A stretch of 64,000 nt of DNA, taken from assembly GCA_024707075.1 (NCBI GenBank), contig JANQAK010000005.1:101362-165361 (forward strand), given 5' to 3'. The position numbers were made by a program, and so were the translations under genes. The notes below the pieces were generated by a model. The model did not search any database and had not been told where the DNA came from. It was given only the letters and a program-made list of their open reading frames with translations. Numbering within the stretch: position 1 is the first letter of the stretch; each line of letters opens with the position of its first letter. The DNA comes from Afipia sp. (lineage in GTDB: Bacteria; Pseudomonadota; Alphaproteobacteria; Rhizobiales; Xanthobacteraceae). Positions 27,676-37,664 of this stretch are shown here, in pieces.

Positions 27676-29114
27676 GTGACCACCGTGGATAATCCGCCAA
27701 AGCAGTATCTGGGACATTTTTCGATCCAGGGACGGCGGCTTCCTGGTCAAGTTACTCTCGCGGGAAGGGACTCAAAGCTCGAAGTGTTCTCCGATCACCA
27801 TATTCATCTTCCCAAGGAGAAAATGCAGACAATTCGTGGTGTGGCCCGCAGCGGAGAGAAGGTTACGATCTGCAACGCGATCGGTGCAGAGATGAGCGGG
27901 AGCTCCTTTTATTACGGCACTACAAAGCATTTCATTTCGCTATTCCCACACCATGTTGCAATTGGTCCGCGCCATATCGATGCTGAAAGAAAGATAGTTT
28001 CTCGGATTTCATTTACGACCACGGGAGCAATTAATCTCTTCTATGATCACGGCGCATTCGGCAGTTCGTCCAGCAAGAACATTCGCAGATTGATGCCCGA
28101 TTGGGCCAAAAAAGATCGGCGGAAAATCACTTACAATAGAATCTATTATTATGCGGATCGGGGTCCAATCGTTTCTGCCAAGAGCAAGGATTATGAGATT
28201 GTCGTGTTTAATGGGGGTACGTTCAGCTCCCCTTCGCCAAAGGGAATCAACGTAAAGAACGAGGTCCGCATCGCACTAAACTTCAAGAAAGCTGTATCTC
28301 TTGAAGATGCGCTACACGCTGCGCATGAGTTTCGCATTCTCTGTGAATTCTTAAGCCATGCAAAACAGTGTATTCAAAATGTCCGCATCCAACATAAGAA
28401 TTCAGAACAACAAGAGGGAGAGATCACTCTCCACTCTTCCTACGAGAATCGGGTTCTGGCCAAGAGGCCGACTTTCGCGACAACCTGATCTCAGGTGGGT
28501 TCCACAGGGGTGAGTTCAAGCAAGTTATAGAGCGTTGGTTAGCAAAGCCAACTCATGCAAGCGCGCGGCAGCGTGTCATCCAAAATATGCGCGAAGAAAT
28601 CTATACGATTGATCGGCTTGTTGGCGCGGCTAACGCATTTGATATTTTGCCAGAGGTCAATGTTGCAAAGCCGCTGCCTGCTCGCGCGATGAAAATCCTC
28701 AGCAAGCTGAGGAAGGATGCGAAGAACCTACCCGCGCCTTATAATGAGCAGATTCTAAATAGCTTAGGCCGAGTAAAGGCGCAGACTCTTCGTAAGAAGA
28801 TTGAGGCCCATTTCTCTTCGCTTCCGCATCCTCTAAAACAGCGTCTTCCAGACATGTTGCTTGTCATCGAGCATTGTGTTCGGGCACGCAATTATTTCGT
28901 TCACGGTACGCCACCCAAGATATCGGTGGACGCCACTCATCAGCAGATTTTCTTTCTAACCGACACACTCGAGTTTATTTTTGTCATCTCAGAACTCGCG
29001 AAATGCGGCTGGAAGTATGATCGTTGGATAAAAGAACCTGGGTGGGGACGCTATCGGCAATATTTACAATCCTACGAGCTCTCGCTCCGTGCTTTTAAGG
29101 AGCTTATCCCGTAA
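27676..29114 (+). CDS. ApeA-like HEPN protein (frameshift ~28450)
   Basis: Beta-rich N-terminus; one added base joins both ORFs into 480 codons; DRLVGAANAFDILP and RARNYFVHG (R-x4-H). Confidence 0.7.
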
Positions 29115-29128
29115 CTTTGTCATTAGAA

Positions 29129-29985
29129 CTAGCCTGCATTAAGCGTGCGGGTCGGCTGTAGAGGCCACGTAGCTAAAGCCTCTCTTACCTGCTGAGCATT
29201 GGCAAACAGATGTGGATTTGCAATGAATTGCGTAACAGATGCAAATTCACCAGGCTGGTAAAATCTTTCGCGCACGAATCCAAGAAAGTGCACTCTTTCT
29301 CGGGCGTGGGGCGCACCTCTCATGGGGTTATTCAAGTCAAATACCCCTGCAATGAGGCGTCCCGCCCAATAGCGTCGTAGAAAAGCATCGGGAAGCCATG
29401 CTCCCCCTAATCCTACGTGAATTCGATCATACTCATCTCCCCCATGCAGGAATGTTCGAAAATCGATTAATAACGCATGTAGCGCCCCGTTCGGCCGGGG
29501 AAATTTATACGGCAAGCCGTCTTTCTCGCATTTCTGACATATCCTTTGTACAGCTTTGATAGTTTCGCCCTCTTCGGATCGCGTAGGGTCTTCGGCATTG
29601 GTTGTGAGAATGCGTTGAGACCAAACAATTCCGTCTTCATCAGCATGCGCGGTCGTCGCGGCGCGCGCAGCTGCGGTTTCTTCGAGGCGCATCAGCTCGA
29701 CACGCCAATCTCTACCGGCGGAATTGAAGCCAAAGTCTAGATTGGATTGTCCTTCTCCTTGAATTTCATAAGCCGGAGCAATTCCGGCATTATGCAATTC
29801 ATGAGCAAACCGTAATTCTAGCAGGCGAGATTTATTCTCTCTGCTAATGCCACCGTTTTCTTCAACTCCACGAACAAGGGAGCCGCCCATTGATGAGGAC
29901 GCAGCACATTTAGCAGCGGAGCGGTCGCATCTGCTTCTTCTCCGCTAAGATAATCCCAATCAATTGCGTGGACTCCATTTGGCAT
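29129..29985 (-). CDS. Hypothetical protein, possible restriction-endonuclease-like fold (frameshift ~29885)
   Basis: LLELRFAHEL...LDFGF...WRVE; N-terminus MPNGVHAIDW in the adjacent frame; start 10 nt after the Fic stop. Confidence 0.5.
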
Positions 29986-29995
29986 GGGAATATCG

Positions 29996-30579
29996 CTAGC
30001 CCCGTCTTTCAATTATTAGCTCTAGAATCAACTTAACTAGAGGCTTCTCATTCCCACCAAAGCTGGCAATCACCGCCTGCATAATAGCCTCGGGCTTCAT
30101 CTTCTTCAGGTCGATAGGATGCCCGGCTTTCTCGGCCAGTAAAATGTAGAAGCTCAGCTGGCTACGGCCGTTGCCTTCCCGGAAGGGGTGGATGGCGTTG
30201 AGGTCGGCCAGGAAATGCGCCGCTGCCTCTGAGAATTTCTGCGGCGTGAGTCCGTTAAAGTACTTTGCCTCCACCAATTGCTTGAACAGCTTCTTTGCCT
30301 CGCGATCGATGCTCTCCGGATAGCAGAACATGCTGCCGCCCTTGGCAATGCGCACCGTGCGGGGCTTGCCAGCCCAAGTGTAGACGTCCTGAAACAGGTG
30401 TTTATGGATGGCGCAATAGTGAGAGTAGGTCAGCTTCCCGGCGGGAGGGGCTCGGTCGAACGCTGGAATGAGATTTCAGCCTCGAACTTATCGAGATCAG
30501 CTTGTTTCCTGAGTCCGAGCTTATTTTTGAGAACAGACGTTCCTGGGTAGCAGTACGGGTCATCAATGGCCTCGTACAT
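29996..30579 (-). CDS. Fic-domain toxin (FicT-like; frameshift ~30445)
   Basis: DPYCYPGTSVLKNKLG, IHKHLFQDVYTWAG, HPFREGNGRSQL. Confidence 0.9.
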
Positions 30580-30588
30580 GCTCAATCA

Positions 30589-30792
30589 TCAAGCTTTCTT
30601 GTAAGTTTTGATAATCTCTTTGCGACGTTGAGCAGGAGACAATCCCTCACGATCGAAACGATCGCTACGCTTTTTCATTTCAGCGGTAAGCTTGATACCT
30701 TCAACCGCACTGATCTGCGTAAAGCGTTCCCTGCCAATCACGAACTTGGCGGAAATGCGCTTATTCGCGCCGGATTTCTTAAGAGGAGCCAT
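30589..30792 (-). CDS. Putative FicA/VbhA-like antitoxin (67 aa)
   Basis: Small gene directly upstream of Fic, with ISAVEGI helix. Confidence 0.65.
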   Translation of the reverse strand: MAPLKKSGANKRISAKFVIGRERFTQISAVEGIKLTAEMKKRSDRFDREGLSPAQRRKEIIKTYKKA

Positions 30793-31237
30793 ATCCAGAT
30801 AATACCAGAATCTGCAAGAATTTCCAGTTAAGAGGTAACGGAGCTTGAAGTCGGTGTGGCACTAAAGCTTGACCTAGATAGGTCCTCGACTCATATGGAT
30901 ACATCGCTCCTTCGAGCGGTTATGTACGAAAAGGACCGCAGTAACGGCCCCTTTTGTTTAGCAGGCCAAGCCCTCAAGACTCTGTTAGAGAAGTCCGGCT
31001 AGATTCAGGATGAGCTTCGGCATTGCTTCGCCTTCGCTGCGACAGTAACGACACTCAGACCCAGTTGGGTGCGTAGTCAAGGCCCGGTGCCCACCGCCAG
31101 CCCCGTTGTATGATGTTCAGCACATTCGGGAGGCAAAAAAGAGCAGAAATCGTCATTTTCTAGCATCGATTTTAGCACGCTGAGTTTTTAATATGAAAAT
31201 TCATCAATGAAATCAAATAGTTTAAGTAGACCAGTTA

Positions 31238-31295
31238 GGACTTAAAATCCCTCGATGGCAACGTCGTGCGGGTTCGATTCCCGCCGTCCGCACCA
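31238..31295 (+). mobile_element. attR-like site: 3' half of tRNA-Leu(UAA)
   Basis: GGACTTAAAATCC, variable arm CGATG-GCAA-CGTCG, GCGGG-TTCGATT-CCCGC, CCA; no D-arm or 5' acceptor upstream; AT-rich flank with paired TAGCA repeats (31161, 31173). Confidence 0.85.
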
Positions 31296-31324
31296 GTACA
31301 AATGGATAGCGCCTCCGAAGAGCA

Positions 31325-31744
31325 ATGTTATCAGGATCAAACGTGTTTCTCAAAATTGCCGGATGCGCTGCGTTCCTTATTTCAGGTTTGCTTGTTTCAA
31401 GAACCTCCTCGGCTCAGGCCGATGTATCGCCTTGGCCGGCCGCACTGGTCTGTCAGGCCAGTGTCCAGTCCTATTTCAATCTGACGCAGCCCCCGCGCCA
31501 GATCGATGAAAGTTTTGGCTGGCTGATCTTTCGGAGTTCTCTGGGAGGCATCTATGATTGTCAGGTCCGGGGCAATTTCATTTCGTTGAAATGGAAAAGC
31601 CATAACGGGACCATGACCAACAGTAAGACTCAGTTCGACGCGAACGGATCTGTGCTCACCGTGCACCCGAGCGGTGTCGGTCAGTGGCGATTTCGCCGTG
31701 TTGCCGATGGATATGGTTTGTTAAACGCGGGCAAGTCTCGTTAA
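31325..31744 (+). CDS. Exported hypothetical protein
   Basis: Signal peptide-like N-terminus, two Cys; start uncertain. Confidence 0.55.
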   Translation: MLSGSNVFLKIAGCAAFLISGLLVSRTSSAQADVSPWPAALVCQASVQSYFNLTQPPRQIDESFGWLIFRSSLGGIYDCQVRGNFISLKWKSHNGTMTNSKTQFDANGSVLTVHPSGVGQWRFRRVADGYGLLNAGKSR

Positions 31745-31804
31745 ATGTGATTGCCGAGGGAATCTCCGAAAACCTCATCCGATCTGCCGACCGAAGGACA
31801 GGAC

Positions 31805-32011
31805 ATGGACAAGAAGGCACTGCGCGAAGAGACGGAACGCCTCGTTCGCGAGGCGATGGAGCGCAAGTCTCTTGTCGTCAAGCAGGGCAACACCCGCATC
31901 GAGGCGAAGTGCGGCAAGTGCGGCGCGGCGAACCGCGTCTCGGCGGAGAAGGGCGTGACCCGCGTCGCGTTCGTTTGCAAGGAATGCGGTCAGAAGCAGG
32001 AGACGCTCTGA
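31805..32011 (+). CDS. Small zinc-ribbon protein (68 aa)
   Basis: CGKC...CKEC; AGGA RBS. Confidence 0.7.
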   Translation: MDKKALREETERLVREAMERKSLVVKQGNTRIEAKCGKCGAANRVSAEKGVTRVAFVCKECGQKQETL

Positions 32012-32033
32012 GCCGCTCGTCCGCAGTCAGTTG

Positions 32034-33134
32034 TCAGCGAACCGCCGGCATCAGGTCGGGCCGGTCCTTGAGTTGCGGCAGGGACGACGCGATGGTCTTG
32101 CCGAGCCGCTGTGTCGGCATCTCCACCAGACGATGAACGATCCACGCGGCGAGCATTGCAAAGAGCAATGCGGCGAGGAATGCGAGCGTGCCGTTCAGCG
32201 CGAATGACTGGATCAGGATCGTCATCACGGCATAGCCGATGAACGAGTGGACGACATAGAGCGGATAGCTGATGTCGGCCATGAATGTGGTGATGCGCGA
32301 GGCCTGGAAGAAGCGCGAGCCGAGCATGCTCGCGACGAAGATGACGAACCCCGCCGCGTAGTTGATGCTCCACCACGGCAAGTCCTTCGGCGGCACGATG
32401 CTGCCGGCGCCGATCATAAGCGCCGTAACGACGACAGCGGTCGGGATGCCTGCCAGCTTTCCGCGAAACCAGAAATTGAAGGCCGTGCCCACAAACATGA
32501 ACACGAGGTACGGTAACGCCTGATCCAGCCAGTGCGGCAGTGCATGGTTGAAAGCCAGCAGCCACAGGATCGCCGGGACCGCAAAGCAGGCCATGCTCGC
32601 GCGGCGCAGCAGCGGGCCGATCAGGAAGGCGAGGGCGTAGAATTTGATTTCCACTTCCAGCGTCCACACGACGGGATCGATCGCAGGCTCTCCGAGAAGT
32701 TGCCTCAGTCCCAAAACCGAATGCGACAGGGCGGTGCCGAAGCTGAACGGAAGCGACGTTTTGAAATGGCGATCGGCCAGATAGAGGACGAGAACGGACG
32801 CCAGAAATCCGACGGTGTAGGTCGGCCAGATTCTTAAGATACGCGCCAGCGCGAATTGCAGCCGCGACTGGTGCTCGAACGAGAACGGGATCACGAAGCC
32901 GCTGATCAGGAAAAAGATCGAGACGCCGAGCGGTCCCAGATGAATCGGCTGCGGCAGAAGGAAAATAGAGGTCGCCGCCGGCGCGGCGATATGGTCTGGA
33001 AGCAGCGGCAGGCCGGTCAGCGCTGCAACGTCCGGGCGGGCGAACCAGAACAGCCCGAGATAATGCGACAGAACGACAATGATTGCGGCAATCCCGCGCA
33101 GCGTATTCGCGAACTGAACTTTGTGCTGAGTCAC
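32034..33134 (-). CDS. Acyltransferase family 3 (OafA-like)
   Basis: LRGIAA, GVSIFFLISGFVI, RILRIWP, WTLEVE, ISYPLYVVH. Confidence 0.9.
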   Translation of the reverse strand: MTQHKVQFANTLRGIAAIIVVLSHYLGLFWFARPDVAALTGLPLLPDHIAAPAATSIFLLPQPIHLGPLGVSIFFLISGFVIPFSFEHQSRLQFALARILRIWPTYTVGFLASVLVLYLADRHFKTSLPFSFGTALSHSVLGLRQLLGEPAIDPVVWTLEVEIKFYALAFLIGPLLRRASMACFAVPAILWLLAFNHALPHWLDQALPYLVFMFVGTAFNFWFRGKLAGIPTAVVVTALMIGAGSIVPPKDLPWWSINYAAGFVIFVASMLGSRFFQASRITTFMADISYPLYVVHSFIGYAVMTILIQSFALNGTLAFLAALLFAMLAAWIVHRLVEMPTQRLGKTIASSLPQLKDRPDLMPAVR

Positions 33135-33198
33135 GCGATGCGCCCGGATCGGTTTTGCGGAAGCCCAGCGTATCGGGACGCCGTCGGCGAATGCGCCG

Positions 33199-33213
33199 TT
33201 AAGCCTCTGTTAA
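33199..33213. promoter_or_regulatory. CtrA box
   Basis: TTAA-GCCTCTG-TTAA. Confidence 0.6.
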
Positions 33214-33364
33214 AAGCCTTTCACAACCTTTAACGCCACCGCGAGAAGGCTTTCCTTCATACAAGAGAGTGGCCAATCGCCGTCGGGGCATGGCACAGTC
33301 GCCGGGGCCGATTCCCGCGAGCGCCCACCACAAATTCAACACGAAGACCCGCAACACGACGTTC

Positions 33365-33793
33365 ATGGACCATGAGTGGATGACCGATCGTCGCGATCGC
33401 AATCGAGACAGGCAAGGACTGCGCGCAGCGGTGTCGCGGTTTGCCGTAGTTGGCGTTCTTGCGGCGGGCCTCGGCGCATGTGCATCGGGACCGTCGTCGA
33501 GCGTGTTCGTCGATCCCGCCACCTATGAACTGTACAACTGCCAGCAGCTCGGCGCGGCGCGCAAGCGCAGCAATGACCGGGTGGTCGAACTCGAAGGGCT
33601 GATGGCGAAGGCGGAAACCGGCGCGGGCGGATCGCTGGTGTCGGGACTGGCCTATCAGACCGACTATCTGTCCGAGCGTGCGCGCCGCGACCAGATCGAC
33701 GAAAAAATCACCAGCAACAATTGCAGCCGGGCCGATCTCGCGCCGCCCGCCGAGCCGGCCGCGCCGCCTGTTCATCCGAAGAAGCGGCGTTAG
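33365..33793 (+). CDS. Probable lipoprotein
   Basis: LAAGLGAC lipobox; YELYNCQQL; start uncertain. Confidence 0.65.
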   Translation: MDHEWMTDRRDRNRDRQGLRAAVSRFAVVGVLAAGLGACASGPSSSVFVDPATYELYNCQQLGAARKRSNDRVVELEGLMAKAETGAGGSLVSGLAYQTDYLSERARRDQIDEKITSNNCSRADLAPPAEPAAPPVHPKKRR

Positions 33794-33811
33794 ACACCGC
33801 GCCTCAAACGA

Positions 33812-35006
33812 TCACGACAAACGCCAGTCGTAGATCCAGTCCTGCCGCGACAGCAGCCGCGATCCGCCCAGCAGTCTGATGACCTGATCGCGGGCGAAGC
33901 CGGCCGGGCCGCCGAGATGATAGGTCTGGCCGTTTTTGCGCGCCGTGCGCGTCACGCGCGTCACGCGCGGAGCGCGCAGGCTGGCGTATTGCGCGAACGC
34001 CGCCGTTGGATTTGTCGGCGAACCCTCAAGGCATTTCGCGATCACGGCGGCGTCCTCGATCGCCATGCCCGCACCCTGCGCTGCGAACGGCAGCATGGCA
34101 TGCGACGCGTCGCCGAGCAGCGCGATGGGACCCTTATTCCACGCGCCGCCGTCGGGCATAGCGAACAGCGCCCACTTCCGCCAGCCATCGACCGCGCCGA
34201 TCATCATGCGCGCGGCGATCGGCCATTGCGGCGCTGAAAAATGGTTGGCGATCTCGACGACATCGCCGGGCTCGTTCCAGCCGGGCCTGTTCCATTTGCC
34301 CGAGACGACCGCGACCATGTTGATGCGCTTGCCGTCCGCCATCGGATAGGCGACGAGATGCGCGTTCGTGCCCATCCAGAGCTGCACGCGCCGCGCATTG
34401 AAGCCGCGCGGCAGTTGCGTGGCGTCGACGGTGCCGCGCCAGGCGATGCTGCCGGTGAACTGCGGCTGCGCATCGGGGAAAATCTGGTGCCGCACGCTCG
34501 ACCACACGCCGTCCGCGCCGATCAGTGCCAGCACAGGCTCCTGCTGCCGCAATGTGTGACGGCGTTGAACGACGGTGACGCCCTTCGGATAAACCGCGAC
34601 GTCCTCGAACTGCGCGCCGAGCCGCAGGTCGATGTCGGGATGATCCTTCACCTTCGCCACCAGTGCGGCCTGAAGGTCGGGGCGGCGCACGATCCAGTAG
34701 GGCGCGCCATAGCGGAAGGTGGCGGCCTGGCCGAGCGGGATGCGGCCGATTTCTTTGCCGGTGCGCGCGGTCATGATGCTGATCGATTCCGGCGCGATCA
34801 CATGGGGCGCGAGCATCGGTTCAAGGCCGAGGTCGATCAGCACGCGGCTGGCGTTGGGCGACAGTTGCAGGCCCGCGCCGACTTCCTCGAGCCGTTCGAC
34901 GCGTTCCAGAATGATGACACGGAAGCCGCGCGCGGCGAGCGCAAGCGAGGCGGTCAGTCCCCCGATGCCCGCACCAGCGACAACGATGGTGCGCGAGATC
35001 CGCCAC
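33812..35006 (-). CDS. FAD-dependent monooxygenase (one extra base near the start)
   Basis: TIVVAGAGIGGLT in frame upstream of the tracked ORF; IGADG; LLGDASHAMLPFAAQGAGMAIED. Confidence 0.9.
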
Positions 35007-35012
35007 TAATTT

Positions 35013-35258
35013 TTAGGCCACTTTATCCTTCACGACGCATTCTGGAGGCCGCGATTCGCCAGCCTTGAGGTCCGCAGCGTAGCGGTAGAGCGTCGAGCAG
35101 TAGGGGCAAATGATCTCGTTGTCGTCGCCGAGGTCGAGGAACACATGCGGATGGTCGAATGGCGGATTGGCGCCCACGCACATGAACTCGCGCGAGCCGA
35201 TTTCGATGATGGCCACGCCCGCATCGTTATGAAAGTGAGGGACGACGTGATCCGCCAT
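35013..35258 (-). CDS. zf-CHCC zinc-finger protein
   Basis: FMC...DHPHVFL...CPYCST. Confidence 0.85.
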   Translation of the reverse strand: MADHVVPHFHNDAGVAIIEIGSREFMCVGANPPFDHPHVFLDLGDDNEIICPYCSTLYRYAADLKAGESRPPECVVKDKVA

Positions 35259-35548
35259 AGCAATCCTACCCCAATCCTGGTCTTGTGCGTCTTTGCCCAT
35301 ACCCCGGCACGCAGCGACGACGCAGCCGCTGCCTTGCAGCATACCGGGGGATACAGCTTATTCCTAGATCGCGGCGCCGGTTTAGTCCAATTCGCCGCAG
35401 CGGTTAGCATGTGAATTCGACACAATCTCGCCGTCTTGGGAAAGCCCTTCTTTCGTTGGGGAGGTTGTGTCCGAAAAACGGCACACCATGTCATCGGCCA
35501 GTCACGGTTTTCCCCGATCGGCATGGCTGAGAGGAACGTTATTTCGCG

Positions 35549-36682
35549 ATGAAGGCATCCTGGCGCATTGGTCTGGCCGTCGCGGCCATGGTGGCTTCGG
35601 CGGGGACGCTCGCCGTGCTGTGGCCCCATGCGCATGACGCCGGAACGCTGCTGTTGGCGCAGGATGATCCGGCGCAATTGTCCGACATTCAAGTCGGTTC
35701 TGCGCTGCGAAACAACGAAGCCGTTATCGCGCAGGGCGTGTCTCAGGCGCTCGATGCTCGCGACGCCGATCTCGCAAAGAGCTTCACCGATCTTGCGAAG
35801 GACCGGAATATTGCCGTGCCGTCCGATGTGGCCGAGCGGGTTGACGCCGCCGTCGCCGAGGAGACTTCCACCGCCGGCACGATCAAGCGTTTTGCCACCG
35901 GCCTCGCGACCGGCGAGGCGGACGACGTGGCCAGTTTGTCAGGCACCGTCGCAGGCGATTTGTTCGTGTTCGGCGACATCCGCGACGTGGTGCGCGAGGG
36001 CAAGCGGCTCGCCATGGGCGAGGACGCCGACCGGCTGGTGCTCGGATTGGCAGGCGTCGGTCTTGCGGTAACGGCGGCGACCTATGTTTCGGTGGGCGGC
36101 ACCGTGCCGGTGCGGGCTGGGCTTTCGATGGTGAAGGATGCGCGAAAGGTCGGCCGGCTCGGCGCCGGTCTCACTGAGTGGGCTGGTCGTTCGGCGCGCG
36201 GCGTGGTCGATGCGCCGATGTTGCAGCAGGCAGTCGCGACCGCCTCATTGGCGCGCCCGGGACAGGCCATCAGCGCAGTGAAGGCGGCGTTCAAAGCCGA
36301 GAAGGCGGGTGCGCTCGTGCGCCTCGCCAAGGATGTCGGCCGCGTCGGCGAGAAGGCCGGCACCAAGGGCGCGCTCGACGTGCTGCGTATCGCGGACGGG
36401 CCGAAGGATGTTGCGCGCGCGGCACGGCTTGCCGAATCGAAAGGCAGCCAGACTCGCGCCATCGTGAAGATTCTCGGGCGCGGCGCATTGCTGCTGACGG
36501 CCGGTGCATTCAATCTGGCGTGGTGGGTGTTTGCCGCATTGCTGTCGCTGTTCGGATTTATCGCTTCGATCAAGGCGACCACGGAGCGGCTCACCCTGTC
36601 CTGGATTCACCGCAGCAAACTCAGGCGGGCGCGGCGCGATCTCGCGGCGGCGCAGGCCTCCATACAGGCGCAGGTGATTTGA
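35549..36682 (+). CDS. Conserved hypothetical membrane protein
   Basis: 377 aa, Ala-rich, hydrophobic segments, host-like codon bias. Confidence 0.7.
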   Translation: MKASWRIGLAVAAMVASAGTLAVLWPHAHDAGTLLLAQDDPAQLSDIQVGSALRNNEAVIAQGVSQALDARDADLAKSFTDLAKDRNIAVPSDVAERVDAAVAEETSTAGTIKRFATGLATGEADDVASLSGTVAGDLFVFGDIRDVVREGKRLAMGEDADRLVLGLAGVGLAVTAATYVSVGGTVPVRAGLSMVKDARKVGRLGAGLTEWAGRSARGVVDAPMLQQAVATASLARPGQAISAVKAAFKAEKAGALVRLAKDVGRVGEKAGTKGALDVLRIADGPKDVARAARLAESKGSQTRAIVKILGRGALLLTAGAFNLAWWVFAALLSLFGFIASIKATTERLTLSWIHRSKLRRARRDLAAAQASIQAQVI

Positions 36683-36778
36683 CCCCGCTGGTCAGACGTG
36701 TCGCGTCCCGATAAACTGCATTCCCTCACATCACGACCGCTCCGGTCACATTCTCTTCTCCCAATCATGGATCTTTCG

Positions 36779-37531
36779 ATGCCGAGTTTTCACAACGGCT
36801 CCGTTGAAATTGCCTATCTCGACGAAGGCGAGGGCGATCCGATCGTGCTGGTGCATGGCTTCGCGTCGACCAAGAATGTGAACTGGGTCTACCCGTCGTG
36901 GACGTCGGTGCTGACCAAGGCCGGACGTCGCGTCATCGCGCTCGACAATCGCGGTCATGGGGACTCGTCGAAGCTCTACGATCAGGAAGACTATCACATC
37001 GGCACCATGGCGGGCGACGTGCGCGCGCTGATGGACCACCTCAACATCGAACGCGCCGATGTGATGGGTTATTCGATGGGCGGCCGCATCACCGCGTATC
37101 TCGGGCAGCGCGATCCGGAGCGGCTGCGTTCGGCGATCATCGCCGGCGTCGGCATGGGCCTGATCGAAGGCGGCGGCCCGGGCGAGAACGTCGCCTCGGC
37201 GCTGGAAGCCGCATCGCTCGACGACGTCACCGATCCCGTGGGGCGCACATTTCGGGCCTTTGCAGATCAGACCCGCTCGGATCGCAGGGCGCTGGCGGCA
37301 TGCCTGCGCGGCTCCCGCAGGCTCATGACCCGCGAGGAAGCGGCGGCCATTTCGGTTCCGGTGCTCATTGCGGTGGGGACGACCGACGAGATTGCCGGCT
37401 CCGCGCACCGGCTTCAGGAGATCATCCCGGGGTCGCAAGTGCTTGATATTCCAAACCGCGATCACATGCGGGCGGTGGGCGACCGTGTCTACAAGGACGG
37501 CGTGCTGGATTTTCTCAGCCGGCGGCCCTGA
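36779..37531 (+). CDS. Alpha/beta hydrolase
   Basis: LVHGFAS, GYSMGG, RDHM. Confidence 0.9.
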   Translation: MPSFHNGSVEIAYLDEGEGDPIVLVHGFASTKNVNWVYPSWTSVLTKAGRRVIALDNRGHGDSSKLYDQEDYHIGTMAGDVRALMDHLNIERADVMGYSMGGRITAYLGQRDPERLRSAIIAGVGMGLIEGGGPGENVASALEAASLDDVTDPVGRTFRAFADQTRSDRRALAACLRGSRRLMTREEAAAISVPVLIAVGTTDEIAGSAHRLQEIIPGSQVLDIPNRDHMRAVGDRVYKDGVLDFLSRRP

Positions 37532-37664
37532 ACAGGCGCGTAGATAATTATTCTCCGGTCGCGGGAGATAATTATTCCAACGTCAACCTTCATAGATGTT
37601 GCAGCCTTCCTTCCCCCCATTATGTGGTAATATCTCCTCAACGCTCATAGCCGGACCTCATTCC

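Larger units (their letters stand above)
1..31295. mobile_element. Right part of a tRNA-Leu(UAA)-integrated, mobilisable genomic island (left end outside window)
   Basis: Lower GC by eye, RM/defence/relaxase/T4CP content, resolvase remnant, ends at a tRNA-Leu 3' fragment; core genes follow. Confidence 0.85.

Noticed and set aside
31238-31295. Second functional tRNA-Leu
   Set aside because: No 5' acceptor or D-arm, and the anticodon stem is only partly paired; it is an att fragment
26325-31295. Small islet with the intron-tRNA as attL
   Set aside because: The 3' halves differ beyond 13 bp, the stems are incompatible and no integrase lies between them; not fully excluded
31184-31509. ORFs 31255-31509 and 31266-31484
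   Set aside because: They overlap the tRNA fragment and are in different frames from the better 31325-31744 ORF
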